A DNA stretch of 64,000 nt from an uncultured Clostridia bacterium (GCA_947175555.1 CAMWNK010000002.1:19186-83185), one strand, 5' to 3'. Shown: positions 1-10,171, numbered from the stretch's first letter. Numbers and translations: made by a program. The notes: generated by a model from the sequence alone, not told the origin.

Positions 1-817
1 CGCTGATTGCCGTAATAAATACCAAGAACAGATTGGATACACTAAAAGCAAACGATACCTTGCCGAATACAAGCTCGTCCCAACGCCACTGAATTATCAT
101 CTTGGCGCCGCCCACGATTAACAATGCAGACCAGTTGGCAAGCATGAGCAGTATTCCCGAGGAGATATTATCCTTCATCTCCTTAAAAGCGTCTTTTATC
201 TTGAGCGACTTGCCGAAATAAAGCCCTCTGTTGAATATAAAGCCGATTACTATACCGATCGCGTCGCCTATCAAGTCGGCTATGCAGTACCAGTAGAAAT
301 TATTGACCTTGCACACCAGCAATATCACGACGGTAAGTCCGTACGTAAGACGCTGCGCAATAGTCAAAATTGCGTACTTGCTTATCCTATTGGTTATCTG
401 GAACATATAAGAGCTGTACGTTACCATATTTTTGGTAATTACGGCAGCCGCTACGAGTATTAGAATATATTTATATTCCCCGCCTACGGCAAAGGCGGAT
501 ACCGTAGCCATTATCAGCGTAACCGCAGAGGTAAAAAACAGCAGTATCTTGAATTGCGAGCGCAGTCTTGCCCGCTCCAGCTCCTCGTAATCGTACTTAG
601 AATATCTCAGCACCAGTCCGTCCAGCAATCCGAAATGCAGTATCCCCACGTATCCGGCATAGAGGACGTATACCTGCCAGTACGCATACTGATACTCGTC
701 GATTATCTTGGGGACGACGAGATTGAGTATTACGCTCACTGCAAGCGATATGATCTGCGCCGTTATCGAAACGATAACGTTGGTCGCAAATTTTTTTGTA
801 GTTATTCTTTGTGCCAC
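1..817 (-). CDS. Polysaccharide flippase (Wzx / MOP-family), N-terminal part; gene continues past the window start
   Basis: My translation of the minus strand from GTG at 817 is open to position 1. It reads VAQRITTKKFATNVIVSITAQIISLAVSVILNLVVPKII..YWQVYVLYAGYVGILHFGLLDGLVLRY and is multi-TM, as expected for an oligosaccharide flippase N-terminus. The start lies 4 nt after the stop of the upstream gene. It is missing from the ORF track because no stop falls inside the window. Confidence 0.7.
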   Translation of the reverse strand, partial: MAQRITTKKFATNVIVSITAQIISLAVSVILNLVVPKIIDEYQYAYWQVYVLYAGYVGILHFGLLDGLVLRYSKYDYEELERARLRSQFKILLFFTSAVTLIMATVSAFAVGGEYKYILILVAAAVITKNMVTYSSYMFQITNRISKYAILTIAQRLTYGLTVVILLVCKVNNFYWYCIADLIGDAIGIVIGFIFNRGLYFGKSLKIKDAFKEMKDNISSGILLMLANWSALLIVGGAKMIIQWRWDELVFGKVSFAFSVSNLFLVFITAIS

Positions 818-820
818 GGT

Positions 821-1816
821 TTAATTAGCTACCTGTTTTCTCATATCTTCTATCGTCTCGGCAAACATCTCTTTGAGCCCCTTCCTTGCCTTCCAGCCCA
901 AAGCCGCAAGTTTAGCCGACGATAAATCCATCTTTAGCGTAGGCGCATACCCAAACAGCGATATATCCTGCTCCTCGATACGCACGCTGACTTTTCCTGT
1001 GCCGAAGTTGTCCGCAACAAGGCGCGCCATATCGTAAATCGAGCAATACGTGTCTTCGTTGGCGGCATTATACGCTTCGCCCGCCTTGCCGTCGAGCAAT
1101 ACGGTGAGTATCGCGTCGGTAGCGTCATCCGTAGATAGATAGTTGCGCATTGTCTCGCCCTTGGTCTTAAGCACTATGTCCCTGCCCTCGATAACGCATC
1201 TTGCAAACTCTGCAAATACGCGCTTATCATTGTAAGATACGCCCCTGCCGAACGTCTGGGTGAGCCTTACGACCTTAGCATTTACGCCGTACTGCGACGC
1301 ATACGCGGCGCACAGGCATTCACACGCCCGCTTAGCCTCGGGATAGGAAGAGCGCGCCTGCATGACGTCAAGATAAGACGCGGACGTCTCATATACCTTG
1401 TGCTCAATCGTCGGCGAGCCGTAAACTTCCATAGTGGACAGATATACCAAGCCGCGCGCATTGTTGACTTTCGCAAACTTCAATATATTCTCAGCCCCTG
1501 CAAAGATATCCGTAATGACATCGACGGGGCTGTCTATAAAATCCTTGCTTGCAGTATGCGACGCACAATGTATAATGTAATCAACGCCCATATCTTCAAT
1601 TTTCAGATTGCACACGTCGCATACGATGTAGCGCAGATTATCTTTATGTAGTCCCTCGAAAGCCTTGCGCGCTTTAAGCTCATTGCGGACTAAGGCATAT
1701 ACCGTAATAGGCTGCTCTAAGTCATAAGAAAGCAGGCGAGCTACTATATCCCTGCCTATCAATCCGCTTGCGCCGGTAACAAGGACCGACTTGCCCTTAA
1801 GACGAGATATGTCCAT
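821..1816 (-). CDS. NAD-dependent epimerase/dehydratase family (extended SDR) protein
   Basis: 331 aa. N-terminal Rossmann motif VLVTGASGLIGRDIV. GGAGG sits 9 nt upstream of the ATG. Tightly packed with the cytidylyltransferase gene. Confidence 0.8.
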   Translation of the reverse strand: MDISRLKGKSVLVTGASGLIGRDIVARLLSYDLEQPITVYALVRNELKARKAFEGLHKDNLRYIVCDVCNLKIEDMGVDYIIHCASHTASKDFIDSPVDVITDIFAGAENILKFAKVNNARGLVYLSTMEVYGSPTIEHKVYETSASYLDVMQARSSYPEAKRACECLCAAYASQYGVNAKVVRLTQTFGRGVSYNDKRVFAEFARCVIEGRDIVLKTKGETMRNYLSTDDATDAILTVLLDGKAGEAYNAANEDTYCSIYDMARLVADNFGTGKVSVRIEEQDISLFGYAPTLKMDLSSAKLAALGWKARKGLKEMFAETIEDMRKQVAN

Positions 1817-1821
1817 TACTC

Positions 1822-2550
1822 TTATTCCTCCGCGCCGTATATCTGCGCATTTTCCTTAGCTTCCAATATAGCTCTCATCGCATAATAATCGTCGGGCGTA
1901 GTAATCTTGATATTGTCGTACGGACCGTCTACCATATACAGCTTGTACCCGTATCGATTCATAAGAGTGCATGAGTCGACGGTGTCGTACACGTTGTCGC
2001 TCATCGCTTTTTCATGAGCGGTCAAGATGTCGTCAAGATAAAAGCTCTGCGGAGCCTTTGCTACACGCGAGTTATCTCTTAGAGGGACTTGCTCTACGCA
2101 ACCGTCCTTATCGGTAACAACTATCGTCTCCTTGACAATGCCCGCGGTAATAGCACTGCCGTGCGCTTTGACGCAGGCAATATTTTCGGAGAGCAACTTG
2201 CTGTTAATGAGCGGACGCACGCCGTCATGGATAAGCACGATTGCCTTCTCGCTGCCCGCAACGTCTCTTGCCGCGCACAGACCGTTATATATGGATAATT
2301 GCCCCGAGCTGCCGCCTGCGACAATCTTTCTAACCTTGGTAATCCCAAATTTATCTATCTGAGAGCGCAGATAATCTATCCACTCCTCTACGCAAGAGAT
2401 AACGACTGCGTCTATGTCCGCATTGTTCTCAAAATGTTCCAGCGTATGAATAATAATAGGCTTGCCGAAAATCTCAAGAAACTGCTTGGGCTTGTCCTTA
2501 CTGCGCATTCTACTGCCTACTCCGCCCGCAAAAATCACACCGATATTCAT
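1822..2550 (-). CDS. IspD/TarI-family nucleotidyltransferase (possible ribitol-5-phosphate or similar alditol-phosphate cytidylyltransferase)
   Basis: 242 aa. N-terminus MNIGVIFAGGVGSRM..KPKQFL is the IspD/TarI signature. ATGA overlap with the upstream gene. Confidence 0.75.
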   Translation of the reverse strand: MNIGVIFAGGVGSRMRSKDKPKQFLEIFGKPIIIHTLEHFENNADIDAVVISCVEEWIDYLRSQIDKFGITKVRKIVAGGSSGQLSIYNGLCAARDVAGSEKAIVLIHDGVRPLINSKLLSENIACVKAHGSAITAGIVKETIVVTDKDGCVEQVPLRDNSRVAKAPQSFYLDDILTAHEKAMSDNVYDTVDSCTLMNRYGYKLYMVDGPYDNIKITTPDDYYAMRAILEAKENAQIYGAEE

Positions 2551-3884
2551 TTTATTTTCCCCCGTTTAGCTCTTTTACGCCTTATGCCCGTTCCGTCGCC
2601 GCCGTATACCGCAAGATATACTGCAGTGAGCCAGAATATCTCATAAAAAAGTCCGAGATGGAACCTTCTAAACAGCTGCTCTGCTATAGGATAAAAAATT
2701 ATGGGATAAATAAGCGCGCAATACATTAGCCATGAATAGCTATATTTATTTTTCTTGGTTTTGAGATACAGCCACTCATAAAACATACCGGTAATAAAAG
2801 GAAAAATCACCATGCCGAAGCATCCGAAATCTTCTACATACGGCTTAAACGCAGAATAAATATTTGAGCTATATGTAAACCCGCTTGAAGTTGTATACTC
2901 TATGAAAGGATCAAACCTGTTGTTTTGCACAAGATCGCCGAAGTTGATCCCAATAGGCTCAAGTATGCTCTGCAATGAACCCAACAAAGTTTGAAGAGTG
3001 GACACGCCGTATTGAGGAGCGTCGTTATATGTCCCGAGCCACATGTTGAAATTGTATAATCCCGAACCGCCGTAAATGCTGAGCGAATGGAATATATCCG
3101 ATTTATATTCCTTCATCTTGCCCATGATAAAGAACACTACAACCATTAGTAAAAGCAATACCAAAACACACTGAACTATGCGCATATTTACATTGTTTTT
3201 CTTACTGTTTTCTCTTAAGAATAAAACAAAAAGACAGATAAAATAAATTGCGTATCTAAGGAAAATATTCCTATCTGTTGATACTAATACGAGCACGCCG
3301 AATGCCGCAATAGGTATAAGCAACTTGATTATACTTACTCCGTCTTTGCCTGAAAACAGTCGTTGAAACAATCTAAAAGTATTAATGTACGCGATAGCGA
3401 CAACGATTTCTCTCATCTGCACAAATATTGTACCGGGGCTGTAACCGCCAACCGTATTGTCATATATTTGTCTAAGTTTCCCTGTAATTGAAGGCACATC
3501 GGAAACAGATATAAAAAGCTTAAGAACATAGCCAAGCATGCAGATAATAGAAACTATTATAAATAGTTCTGCAGGATATCTTCTCTTAATATTAGTCTGT
3601 TTAACGGGAAGGCGCGCGTTGAGTATTGCACATGCATCTTGCTGAGGAGACAATCGTCTCACGACAGCCGCGCCCACGCCCCAAGCAAGCAATGCGCAAA
3701 GTATGAATACAATAAATGTGCCGCTGATCTTAACTTCCCACTTAGAATAATTAAGAACGACAATAAAGAAAGATGCCGTTATGGCAAGGCAAAACAAAAA
3801 CCAAGGCGAAAGTAAGTCTCTCTTGCTTATCAGATAAGCAAAAGCAACAACGATTGCAAATAGAGCCAATGCCAAAAACGCCAT
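2547..3884 (-). CDS. Polytopic membrane protein, Wzy-like O-antigen/EPS polymerase
   Basis: Many hydrophobic segments and a position inside the glycan locus. I prefer ATG at 3884 (1 nt after the GT2 stop) to the TTG at 3905 used by the ORF track. Confidence 0.5.
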   Translation of the reverse strand: MAFLALALFAIVVAFAYLISKRDLLSPWFLFCLAITASFFIVVLNYSKWEVKISGTFIVFILCALLAWGVGAAVVRRLSPQQDACAILNARLPVKQTNIKRRYPAELFIIVSIICMLGYVLKLFISVSDVPSITGKLRQIYDNTVGGYSPGTIFVQMREIVVAIAYINTFRLFQRLFSGKDGVSIIKLLIPIAAFGVLVLVSTDRNIFLRYAIYFICLFVLFLRENSKKNNVNMRIVQCVLVLLLLMVVVFFIMGKMKEYKSDIFHSLSIYGGSGLYNFNMWLGTYNDAPQYGVSTLQTLLGSLQSILEPIGINFGDLVQNNRFDPFIEYTTSSGFTYSSNIYSAFKPYVEDFGCFGMVIFPFITGMFYEWLYLKTKKNKYSYSWLMYCALIYPIIFYPIAEQLFRRFHLGLFYEIFWLTAVYLAVYGGDGTGIRRKRAKRGKIK

Positions 3885-3885
3885 A

Positions 3886-4791
3886 TCAGAACAACCCCAA
3901 CACAACTTTCATAAAAAAGCCTAAGCGACTCTCGCCCGTATAGGAGCGCAGTACCTTTCGATTTCTCAAGACAGCGAGTTTACCGCTTGCACATGCCTTG
4001 ACAAGAGGACAGTCGGAGGTGAACTCGGGAAACTTGATAAGAAGCTCTTTAGCAAGCATGCTCCTCCCGTTACGGTACTCTTTATGAAAAGCCTTCTTCA
4101 TCCTTTCTTTACATTTTTTCTTCAATCCGCCGTCATACGCGCCGACGACGTTATTGCCATGCTGACGATACTTGATAAAAGAGCGGTTATCGTAAGCAAT
4201 TCCGCCGCACAACGAGCCTACTGCTGCCACCCAGACGTCATGAATCCTATTCCTAAGCAAAGTCTTGGACGGACGGCGGCTATCATCAACCATCAACTCT
4301 CGCAATGCAGAAGTCAATACCATCGTACACCCTGCAATCATATTCTTAGACAGTATCTGTGCAGGCTCGAGATAAATATACTTCTCCTCTGCATATCTAA
4401 GCCCCATAGAGTTACCGTCTATATCAACGCACTCTTGATTGGAGCCGTAAAGCGCCTTGCCCGACTCTTGCAACAATTTAACCGCCTCTATAAGTTTATC
4501 TTCTTCCCATATATCATCTTGATCGGCAAAGGCATAATAATCATATCCCGAAGGCGCAGTATACATTAGCTCCATAAAGCTATTGCCTACGCCCACATTG
4601 TCGCAATAATAAACAGTAATTCCTCTTTCTTTAACGTAAGTATCTAATATATCTTTAGTGCTATCCGAAGAGCCGTCGTCTCTTATATACAGCGATACTT
4701 CCACGTCTTTTTGCGCAAGAATACTGTCTATCTGCTCACAGATAAACTTTTCTCCGTTATATGCGCTCATAAGTACCGCTACGCTGCTCAT
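3886..4791 (-). CDS. Glycosyltransferase family 2
   Basis: 301 aa. VAVLMSAYNGEKFICEQIDSILAQ ... RDDGSSD is the GT-A/GT2 N-terminal pattern. TAATG overlap with LicD. Confidence 0.8.
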   Translation of the reverse strand: MSSVAVLMSAYNGEKFICEQIDSILAQKDVEVSLYIRDDGSSDSTKDILDTYVKERGITVYYCDNVGVGNSFMELMYTAPSGYDYYAFADQDDIWEEDKLIEAVKLLQESGKALYGSNQECVDIDGNSMGLRYAEEKYIYLEPAQILSKNMIAGCTMVLTSALRELMVDDSRRPSKTLLRNRIHDVWVAAVGSLCGGIAYDNRSFIKYRQHGNNVVGAYDGGLKKKCKERMKKAFHKEYRNGRSMLAKELLIKFPEFTSDCPLVKACASGKLAVLRNRKVLRSYTGESRLGFFMKVVLGLF

Positions 4792-5639
4792 TACTCGTTG
4801 CTCTCCTTGTAATATGCCGTAAAAGTATGGTGCGATACGCGCTTGTCCTCAGGCGGCAACTTCATATAATCACCGTATATACTGCCTAAATACTTATCGT
4901 AAGCGGCGATTGCATTAAACTCATAATCTTCAAATGGAAGTTTGACGTAATTTGTAAAAACTTCCTGCGGCAATATTTCCTTCTCACGATATGAACCTCC
5001 CACCGCCGCGGCAAATTTAACGTTGTCGAAATCAATAGCCGAATATCTTTTAACAATAGACTCATATAGCTTGCGCTTGTTGGCAAATCTGCTCAATATA
5101 AACATGCCGAATCTGAACGGCTCGAGATACCACCCGTGTGTCTTCGAGCGGAAAAATCTCTTCCAATTAGCGGCTACTAATAGAGCCCGCTTAAACGATG
5201 TCGCTCTAAAAGTCTTAACTGCCTTATTGTACGTATTAGCTAAGCCGTCTATAACAAATACGTCAATAGATACGCCTTCCTCCTGCTCGCCTTTGCAGAT
5301 ATTATCGTCTTTAAGTACGGTATCGGGGTTATAAACCTTTGCAGACATGTCGAGATAAGACTTGTCCGTCTCGTAACTTCTCACCTTAAATGGCAAATCT
5401 TCATGCTCTATCGCATACTTGATAAAAGCATCATAATCGGGACGGGGCATCATAATATCTATATCGTCATCCCAAGGTATATAGCCTTTATGCCGAATCG
5501 CGCCGAGAAGCGTACCTCCGCCCATCGAGTATCTAAAGCCCTCTCTCTCACAGATCTCGTGTACGGAAGCAAGCAAGCGAATCTGTATACGCTTCAACTC
5601 CTCTAATCCTATCTCATTACCCGACATAATAGTTTCCAC
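4791..5639 (-). CDS. LicD-family phosphotransferase (phosphocholine or polyol-phosphate transferase family)
   Basis: 282 aa. GGTLLGAIRHKGYIPWDDDIDIMMPRPDY matches the LicD core. Start uncertain (GTG 5639 or ATG 5627). Confidence 0.8.
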   Translation of the reverse strand: METIMSGNEIGLEELKRIQIRLLASVHEICEREGFRYSMGGGTLLGAIRHKGYIPWDDDIDIMMPRPDYDAFIKYAIEHEDLPFKVRSYETDKSYLDMSAKVYNPDTVLKDDNICKGEQEEGVSIDVFVIDGLANTYNKAVKTFRATSFKRALLVAANWKRFFRSKTHGWYLEPFRFGMFILSRFANKRKLYESIVKRYSAIDFDNVKFAAAVGGSYREKEILPQEVFTNYVKLPFEDYEFNAIAAYDKYLGSIYGDYMKLPPEDKRVSHHTFTAYYKESNE

Positions 5640-5701
5640 TTTCTCCTTGTGCTACGCGGATATAATCCGCGCCCCGCTCTTCAGTTTACAAGACACCCAT
5701 G

Positions 5702-6562
5702 CTAATCAATTGCCTCTGTAAGCACCGGCGGTCTCTTGTGAATCAACTTGAAAAATACGAACTTGCGCAACCAGCTCGGCATAATACATACGATGAATTG
5801 AATAAAATTCGTTTTACTGTATTGAGCATGCGAAATAAAGCCAGTCTTGTATATCATCTTACGCGTACGCTTATATTTTTTGTAATAGCTAAGCCCTCCG
5901 CGCCGAGCTATCATGTCCCTATTAGTGCGTACTTTGCACAAATAACTGTCAATATTCATACATATTGCTCCGTGTTGCAGCATGTCCACCCACAGCATAT
6001 CGTCTTCCATAAGCGGAGCATCCTTATAGTTGCCAGACTCGAGCACCTTGCTCTTACGGAACATAACAGTAACATGATTGAACGCGCTGCGACTCTTTTG
6101 ATACTGCGCTATCTCCTCTTGAATAAGAGGCACTCTGCGCTCGGCGACAAACTCGTTCTCGTCCTCTTCAAACTCTATTATATGACCGCCGCATATATCA
6201 AGCTCGGGATTTTGCTCGAATTCTTTAAGTTGTAACTCAAATCGATTACGCACAGCGATATCGTCTGTATCCATTCGCGCGATAAGCTCGCATGAGCACT
6301 CGGGCACGCCGTGAGCGAGTGCCAATCCCAACCCCATATTAGTATTAAGCTGTATCTCTTTTATCGTGATGTCGTCGTAAGCAGAATACTTGCGAATCAC
6401 CTCTTCAAGCTCAGACGTAATTGGACCGTCCTTGACTATCACCCACTCATCTGCCTTGACTGTCTGATCGTAAATGCTTGCTAAAGCTCTGTCTAAAAAT
6501 TCAGGTCGCTCCTTGCAATACACCGACATCAATACGGAAAATTTTATCTTGTTATCGCTCAT
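5702..6562 (-). CDS. Glycosyltransferase family 2
   Basis: 286 aa. FSVLMSVYCKERPEFLDRALASIYDQT ... VKDGP ... ARMDTDD are GT2 motifs. Confidence 0.8.
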   Translation of the reverse strand: MSDNKIKFSVLMSVYCKERPEFLDRALASIYDQTVKADEWVIVKDGPITSELEEVIRKYSAYDDITIKEIQLNTNMGLGLALAHGVPECSCELIARMDTDDIAVRNRFELQLKEFEQNPELDICGGHIIEFEEDENEFVAERRVPLIQEEIAQYQKSRSAFNHVTVMFRKSKVLESGNYKDAPLMEDDMLWVDMLQHGAICMNIDSYLCKVRTNRDMIARRGGLSYYKKYKRTRKMIYKTGFISHAQYSKTNFIQFIVCIMPSWLRKFVFFKLIHKRPPVLTEAID

Positions 6563-6752
6563 TTTCTGCCCTTATACTCAACGCTGCCGCACTAGTCTAT
6601 CTTCTTTATTAGCTTTCGAAGAAAGAATTATATACACGCACGCGCATTTCGTATAATTTTATATATTATATTATCAAGTATATCACAGTAAGGAAGAATA
6701 TTGCAAGGGGCGCATATCGTTTGCCGAAAATTAATATAGCTTGTAAGTAAGA

Positions 6753-6782
6753 ATAAAAAGACGCGCAAAAACCTTGCGCGCC
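6753..6782 (-). terminator. Rho-independent terminator after the DegT and sugar-transferase unit
   Basis: Minus strand reads GGCGCGCAAGGTTTTTGCGCGTCTTTTTATTC: an 8-bp GC-rich stem followed by a T-rich tail. Confidence 0.6.
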
Positions 6783-6853
6783 TAAAGGACATATTATCAG
6801 CAATTCAATAATTAATAGCTACAACTCTATCCGTCTGCAATTTGCTTAGTTAA

Positions 6854-7456
6854 TTACTCGCAAATTACCTTACCGATAGTTTTGAAAATCAATCCTATGT
6901 CGTAGAAAAAGCCTGCTTTTTCGATATATTTCAGATTAAGCTCGAGCTTAGCGGGCATGATTTCTTGTATATATTTACTTTCCGGATCCTCGTTGCCGTC
7001 GAGCAGATCGTTCTCGTTGCGGAATTCAATAGAAGCCAAATCGGTAATACCGGGCTTGACGCTTAAAACGCGCCTCTGCTCGTCATTGTACATCGCCACA
7101 TATTTAGGCACCTCGGGACGAGGTCCTACAAAGCTCATCTGACCGATAAAGACGTTGAATAGTTGCGGAAGCTCGTCTATCTTGGTCTTGCGAATGAATT
7201 TGCCTACTTTCGTAATGCGGTTATCGCCGTCGGTAGTTATCTGCATACCCTTTGCTTCGGCATCGACTACCATAGAGCGGAACTTCATAATCTTAAAGTG
7301 CTTACCGCCTTTACCTACGCGCTCCTGCTTGAAAAGTACGGGGCCCTTTGACGAGCACTTGATAGCAATAGCCACTATTATGAATATCGGCGATAATAGC
7401 AATATGCCGAAAAACGAGCTGAACAGGTCAAAACAACGCTTGAAAAATCTATACAC
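6854..7456 (-). CDS. Small phosphoglycosyl transferase (bacterial sugar transferase, PglC/WbaP C-terminal type); initiating enzyme
   Basis: FKRCFDLFSSFFGILLLSPIFIIVAIAIK..GPVLFKQERVGKGGKHFKIMKFRSM ... DELPQLFNV ... SFVGPRP. AAGGAG sits 7 nt upstream of GTG 7456, which I prefer to TTG 7462. Confidence 0.85.
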   Translation of the reverse strand: MYRFFKRCFDLFSSFFGILLLSPIFIIVAIAIKCSSKGPVLFKQERVGKGGKHFKIMKFRSMVVDAEAKGMQITTDGDNRITKVGKFIRKTKIDELPQLFNVFIGQMSFVGPRPEVPKYVAMYNDEQRRVLSVKPGITDLASIEFRNENDLLDGNEDPESKYIQEIMPAKLELNLKYIEKAGFFYDIGLIFKTIGKVICE

Positions 7457-8645
7457 CGACAATCTCCTTGAGTTTAGCAGCTACGTACGCGACTTCCTCA
7501 TCTGTAAGCAAAGTATGCAGAGGAAGCGTTATTTCGTTACGGTATAAGTCGTAGGCATTGGGATAATCGCTTATATTAAAGCCCAACGCCTTATATCCCT
7601 CAAACATCGCAAGCGGCTTGTAATGCACGTTGGTAGCGATACCCGCCTGAGCCATTTTTGTAATTATTTCGTTGCGACGAGCCTCGTCAATGCCGAGTAT
7701 ACGCGTGATATATAGATGTCCGCTGCCGATACTATCTCTCGTATCGTGCGCTATCGGACGGATAGACGTGCCCGCAAATGCTGCGTTATACGTGGCAATA
7801 ATCTCTTTCCGTCTTGCGAGCATTCCCTCATAGCGGTTGAATTGCGCCAATCCGAGCGCGGCAGAGATATCGGTCATATTACACTTATAGCCCAGCAGCT
7901 TAATGTCGTATTCCCACGCGCCTGCCTTCATCTTGGACAAAGCGTCCTTGGATTGACCATGCAGACTGTCCAGCTTGATTTGCGAATAGATATACTCGTT
8001 GTCTATACCTGCAATATCTCTCCACGTAACGGCTCCGCCTTCCGCAGTAGTTAAATTCTTGACCGCATGGAAAGAAAACGACGTGAAGTCTGCGATTTCA
8101 CCCGAGCGTTTACCGCACCTTGTTGCGCCAAACGAATGAGCGGCATCGGCAATAATTGCCACTCTTCCAAGCGCCTTCTGCACATCGCTTGAGGGCGTAA
8201 ATAACGCTTTTTTCTCCTTAGCAATTTCGTACAGCTTATCGTAATCTGCCACCACGCCTGCAAAGTCAACGCCTATTATAGCCTTTGTCTTATCCGTAAT
8301 TGCTTTGCGGACATTATCTGCAGATATATAAAAATCATCCTTATCGGTATCTACCAATACGATTTTTGCTCCGACATGATTGATAACGCTTGCTGACGCG
8401 GTGTACGTATAAGCACTGGTGATGACCTCATCACCGGCTCCAACGCCTAAAAATCTCAAAATCAATTCCAATCCCGCGGTAGCGGAATTTAAGCATACGG
8501 CTGCGGCGGTATTGCAATACCGAGCTATTTCCCTCTCGAATTTCCCCGTCTTGGGACCTGTAGTAATCCAGCCCGATTTCAAAGTATCGACAACTTCGTC
8601 GATTTCTGCCTGCGTAATATCGGGCGGAGAGAACTTAATGTTCAT
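7449..8645 (-). CDS. DegT/DnrJ/EryC1/StrS-family sugar aminotransferase
   Basis: IKFSPPDITQAEIDEVVDTLKSGWITTGPKTGKFE ... SFHAVKNLTTAEGG (PLP lysine context). AAGGAG sits 6 nt before ATG 8645, so the ORF-track start at 8663 is probably too long. Confidence 0.85.
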   Translation of the reverse strand: MNIKFSPPDITQAEIDEVVDTLKSGWITTGPKTGKFEREIARYCNTAAAVCLNSATAGLELILRFLGVGAGDEVITSAYTYTASASVINHVGAKIVLVDTDKDDFYISADNVRKAITDKTKAIIGVDFAGVVADYDKLYEIAKEKKALFTPSSDVQKALGRVAIIADAAHSFGATRCGKRSGEIADFTSFSFHAVKNLTTAEGGAVTWRDIAGIDNEYIYSQIKLDSLHGQSKDALSKMKAGAWEYDIKLLGYKCNMTDISAALGLAQFNRYEGMLARRKEIIATYNAAFAGTSIRPIAHDTRDSIGSGHLYITRILGIDEARRNEIITKMAQAGIATNVHYKPLAMFEGYKALGFNISDYPNAYDLYRNEITLPLHTLLTDEEVAYVAAKLKEIVGV

Positions 8646-8791
8646 CGCTTGCTCCTTAATCAATTACTAATAAAGATTATATCTCATGCACGCATAAAAG
8701 ACAAGGCAAATCAATGCCGATATGTCCTGCAAAAATATTTGCGGGACTTACGCAGATATTTTTATCGACCGCTGCGAGCGGCTAACTCTGC

Positions 8792-9379
8792 TCAATACAA
8801 ATCGGCAAGTATCTCCACGCACTTATCTATACCCAGCTTGCCGCTGTCGAGGGAGATATCGTAATTTTTTGCAACTCCCCACTCCAATTCCGTATAATAG
8901 CGATAATATGCCGCGCGGCGCTTATCCTTGTCCTTAAGACGCTTAAGCGGCGCGACGTCGCTCTCTCCGTATAGCTTGACAATGCGCTCGGCTCTCGAGT
9001 TCATGTCCGCATGGATAAAGACTTTAAGAATATTGGGATTATCTTTAAGAATATAGTCGGCGCATCTGCCTATTATCACGCAAGGACCTTGCTCGGCGAG
9101 GTCGGTTATCACCTTGCGCTGCGCAATCCACAGATAATCTTGATTGGCGACTCCGTTGACAAAGTGTCCCGACAACAGAGCGTTGCCTATCCAACTGCCG
9201 TACGCCGCGTACTCGCCGTGCTCTGCGATATAGCTGTGTGCAAAACCGCTCTCCTCCGCCACCTTATCTATAAGCTCATAATCGTAACAGGGGATATTTA
9301 GTTTAGCTGCAAGCTGCCTGCCTATAGTACGTCCGCCGCTGCCGAACTCCCTGCTGACTGTAATAACTCTGTTATCCAT
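8792..9379 (-). CDS. Cytidylate kinase-like family protein (AAA/NMP-kinase fold)
   Basis: MDNRVITVSREFGSGGRTIGRQLAAKLNIPCYDYELI. AGGAGG lies upstream of ATG 9379. The extra 37 aa in the ORF track are unlikely to be translated. Confidence 0.65.
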   Translation of the reverse strand: MDNRVITVSREFGSGGRTIGRQLAAKLNIPCYDYELIDKVAEESGFAHSYIAEHGEYAAYGSWIGNALLSGHFVNGVANQDYLWIAQRKVITDLAEQGPCVIIGRCADYILKDNPNILKVFIHADMNSRAERIVKLYGESDVAPLKRLKDKDKRRAAYYRYYTELEWGVAKNYDISLDSGKLGIDKCVEILADLY

Positions 9380-9606
9380 AATCGCCCTCCTTGCGCTTAT
9401 TAATTCTTCCTTTTCATAATTATAGCGCAAATTAAGGCTTTTGTGTACATCGACCTTAAAAATCAGCTTGGGAAATAAAATGCGCATCAAATCGATGTAT
9501 ATTTATTATCCGCAATATCACGCCCTCGCTTTTGCTCTCCATACGTTGATTTACGGCTGCTACAAGGTGTATAATCTATATCAAAGAAGATAAGGAGAGA
9601 CATGAG

Positions 9607-10110
9607 ATGAAAGTCGTAAGAAAGCAAAATAACAGCAAGATGTGTATCATATGCGGCATGGAAAACGAATTGGGCGTAAAAGCTCCCTTCTACGAAATGG
9701 AAGACGGCAGCGTGCGCACGGTATTTCAATACCGCCCCGAACATCAGAGCTATCCCGAGAGAGTACACGGCGGCATGATAACGTGCATGTTGGATGAGCT
9801 GGCGGGACGCGCGATATGGACAGTAGAGCCCGACATGCTGGCAGTTACCACCAAGATAGAGGTGCGCTTCAGAAAGCCCGTACCCTATAACGAGCAACTC
9901 ATTGGCACGGCAAAACTTGTCGCCAACAGCAGACGCGGATTCTCGGCTGTTGCAAAGATAACCGACGCCGCAGGCAAATTGCTTGCCGATGCAGACGTAA
10001 CGTATCTGAAAATGCCTGCCAAACTCATATGCAACGCCGACATGGAGGAAGAGCTTGACTATCATATCGACGACGGCGTGAAAGACATCGAGCTGCCGCC
10101 CGAGGAGTGA
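9607..10110 (+). CDS. PaaI-family (hotdog fold) thioesterase
   Basis: 167 aa. CIICGMENELG ... HGGMITCMLDELAGRA. AAGGAG sits 9 nt upstream. Confidence 0.7.
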   Translation: MKVVRKQNNSKMCIICGMENELGVKAPFYEMEDGSVRTVFQYRPEHQSYPERVHGGMITCMLDELAGRAIWTVEPDMLAVTTKIEVRFRKPVPYNEQLIGTAKLVANSRRGFSAVAKITDAAGKLLADADVTYLKMPAKLICNADMEEELDYHIDDGVKDIELPPEE

Positions 10111-10150
10111 TATAAAAAGATTTACAAACATTATATATTAGATAAAAAAT

Positions 10151-10171
10151 ACCGCCGATAAGGCGGTTTTT
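10151..10171 (+). terminator. Rho-independent terminator
   Basis: ACCGCC-GATA-AGGCGGT followed by TTTTT. Confidence 0.6.
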
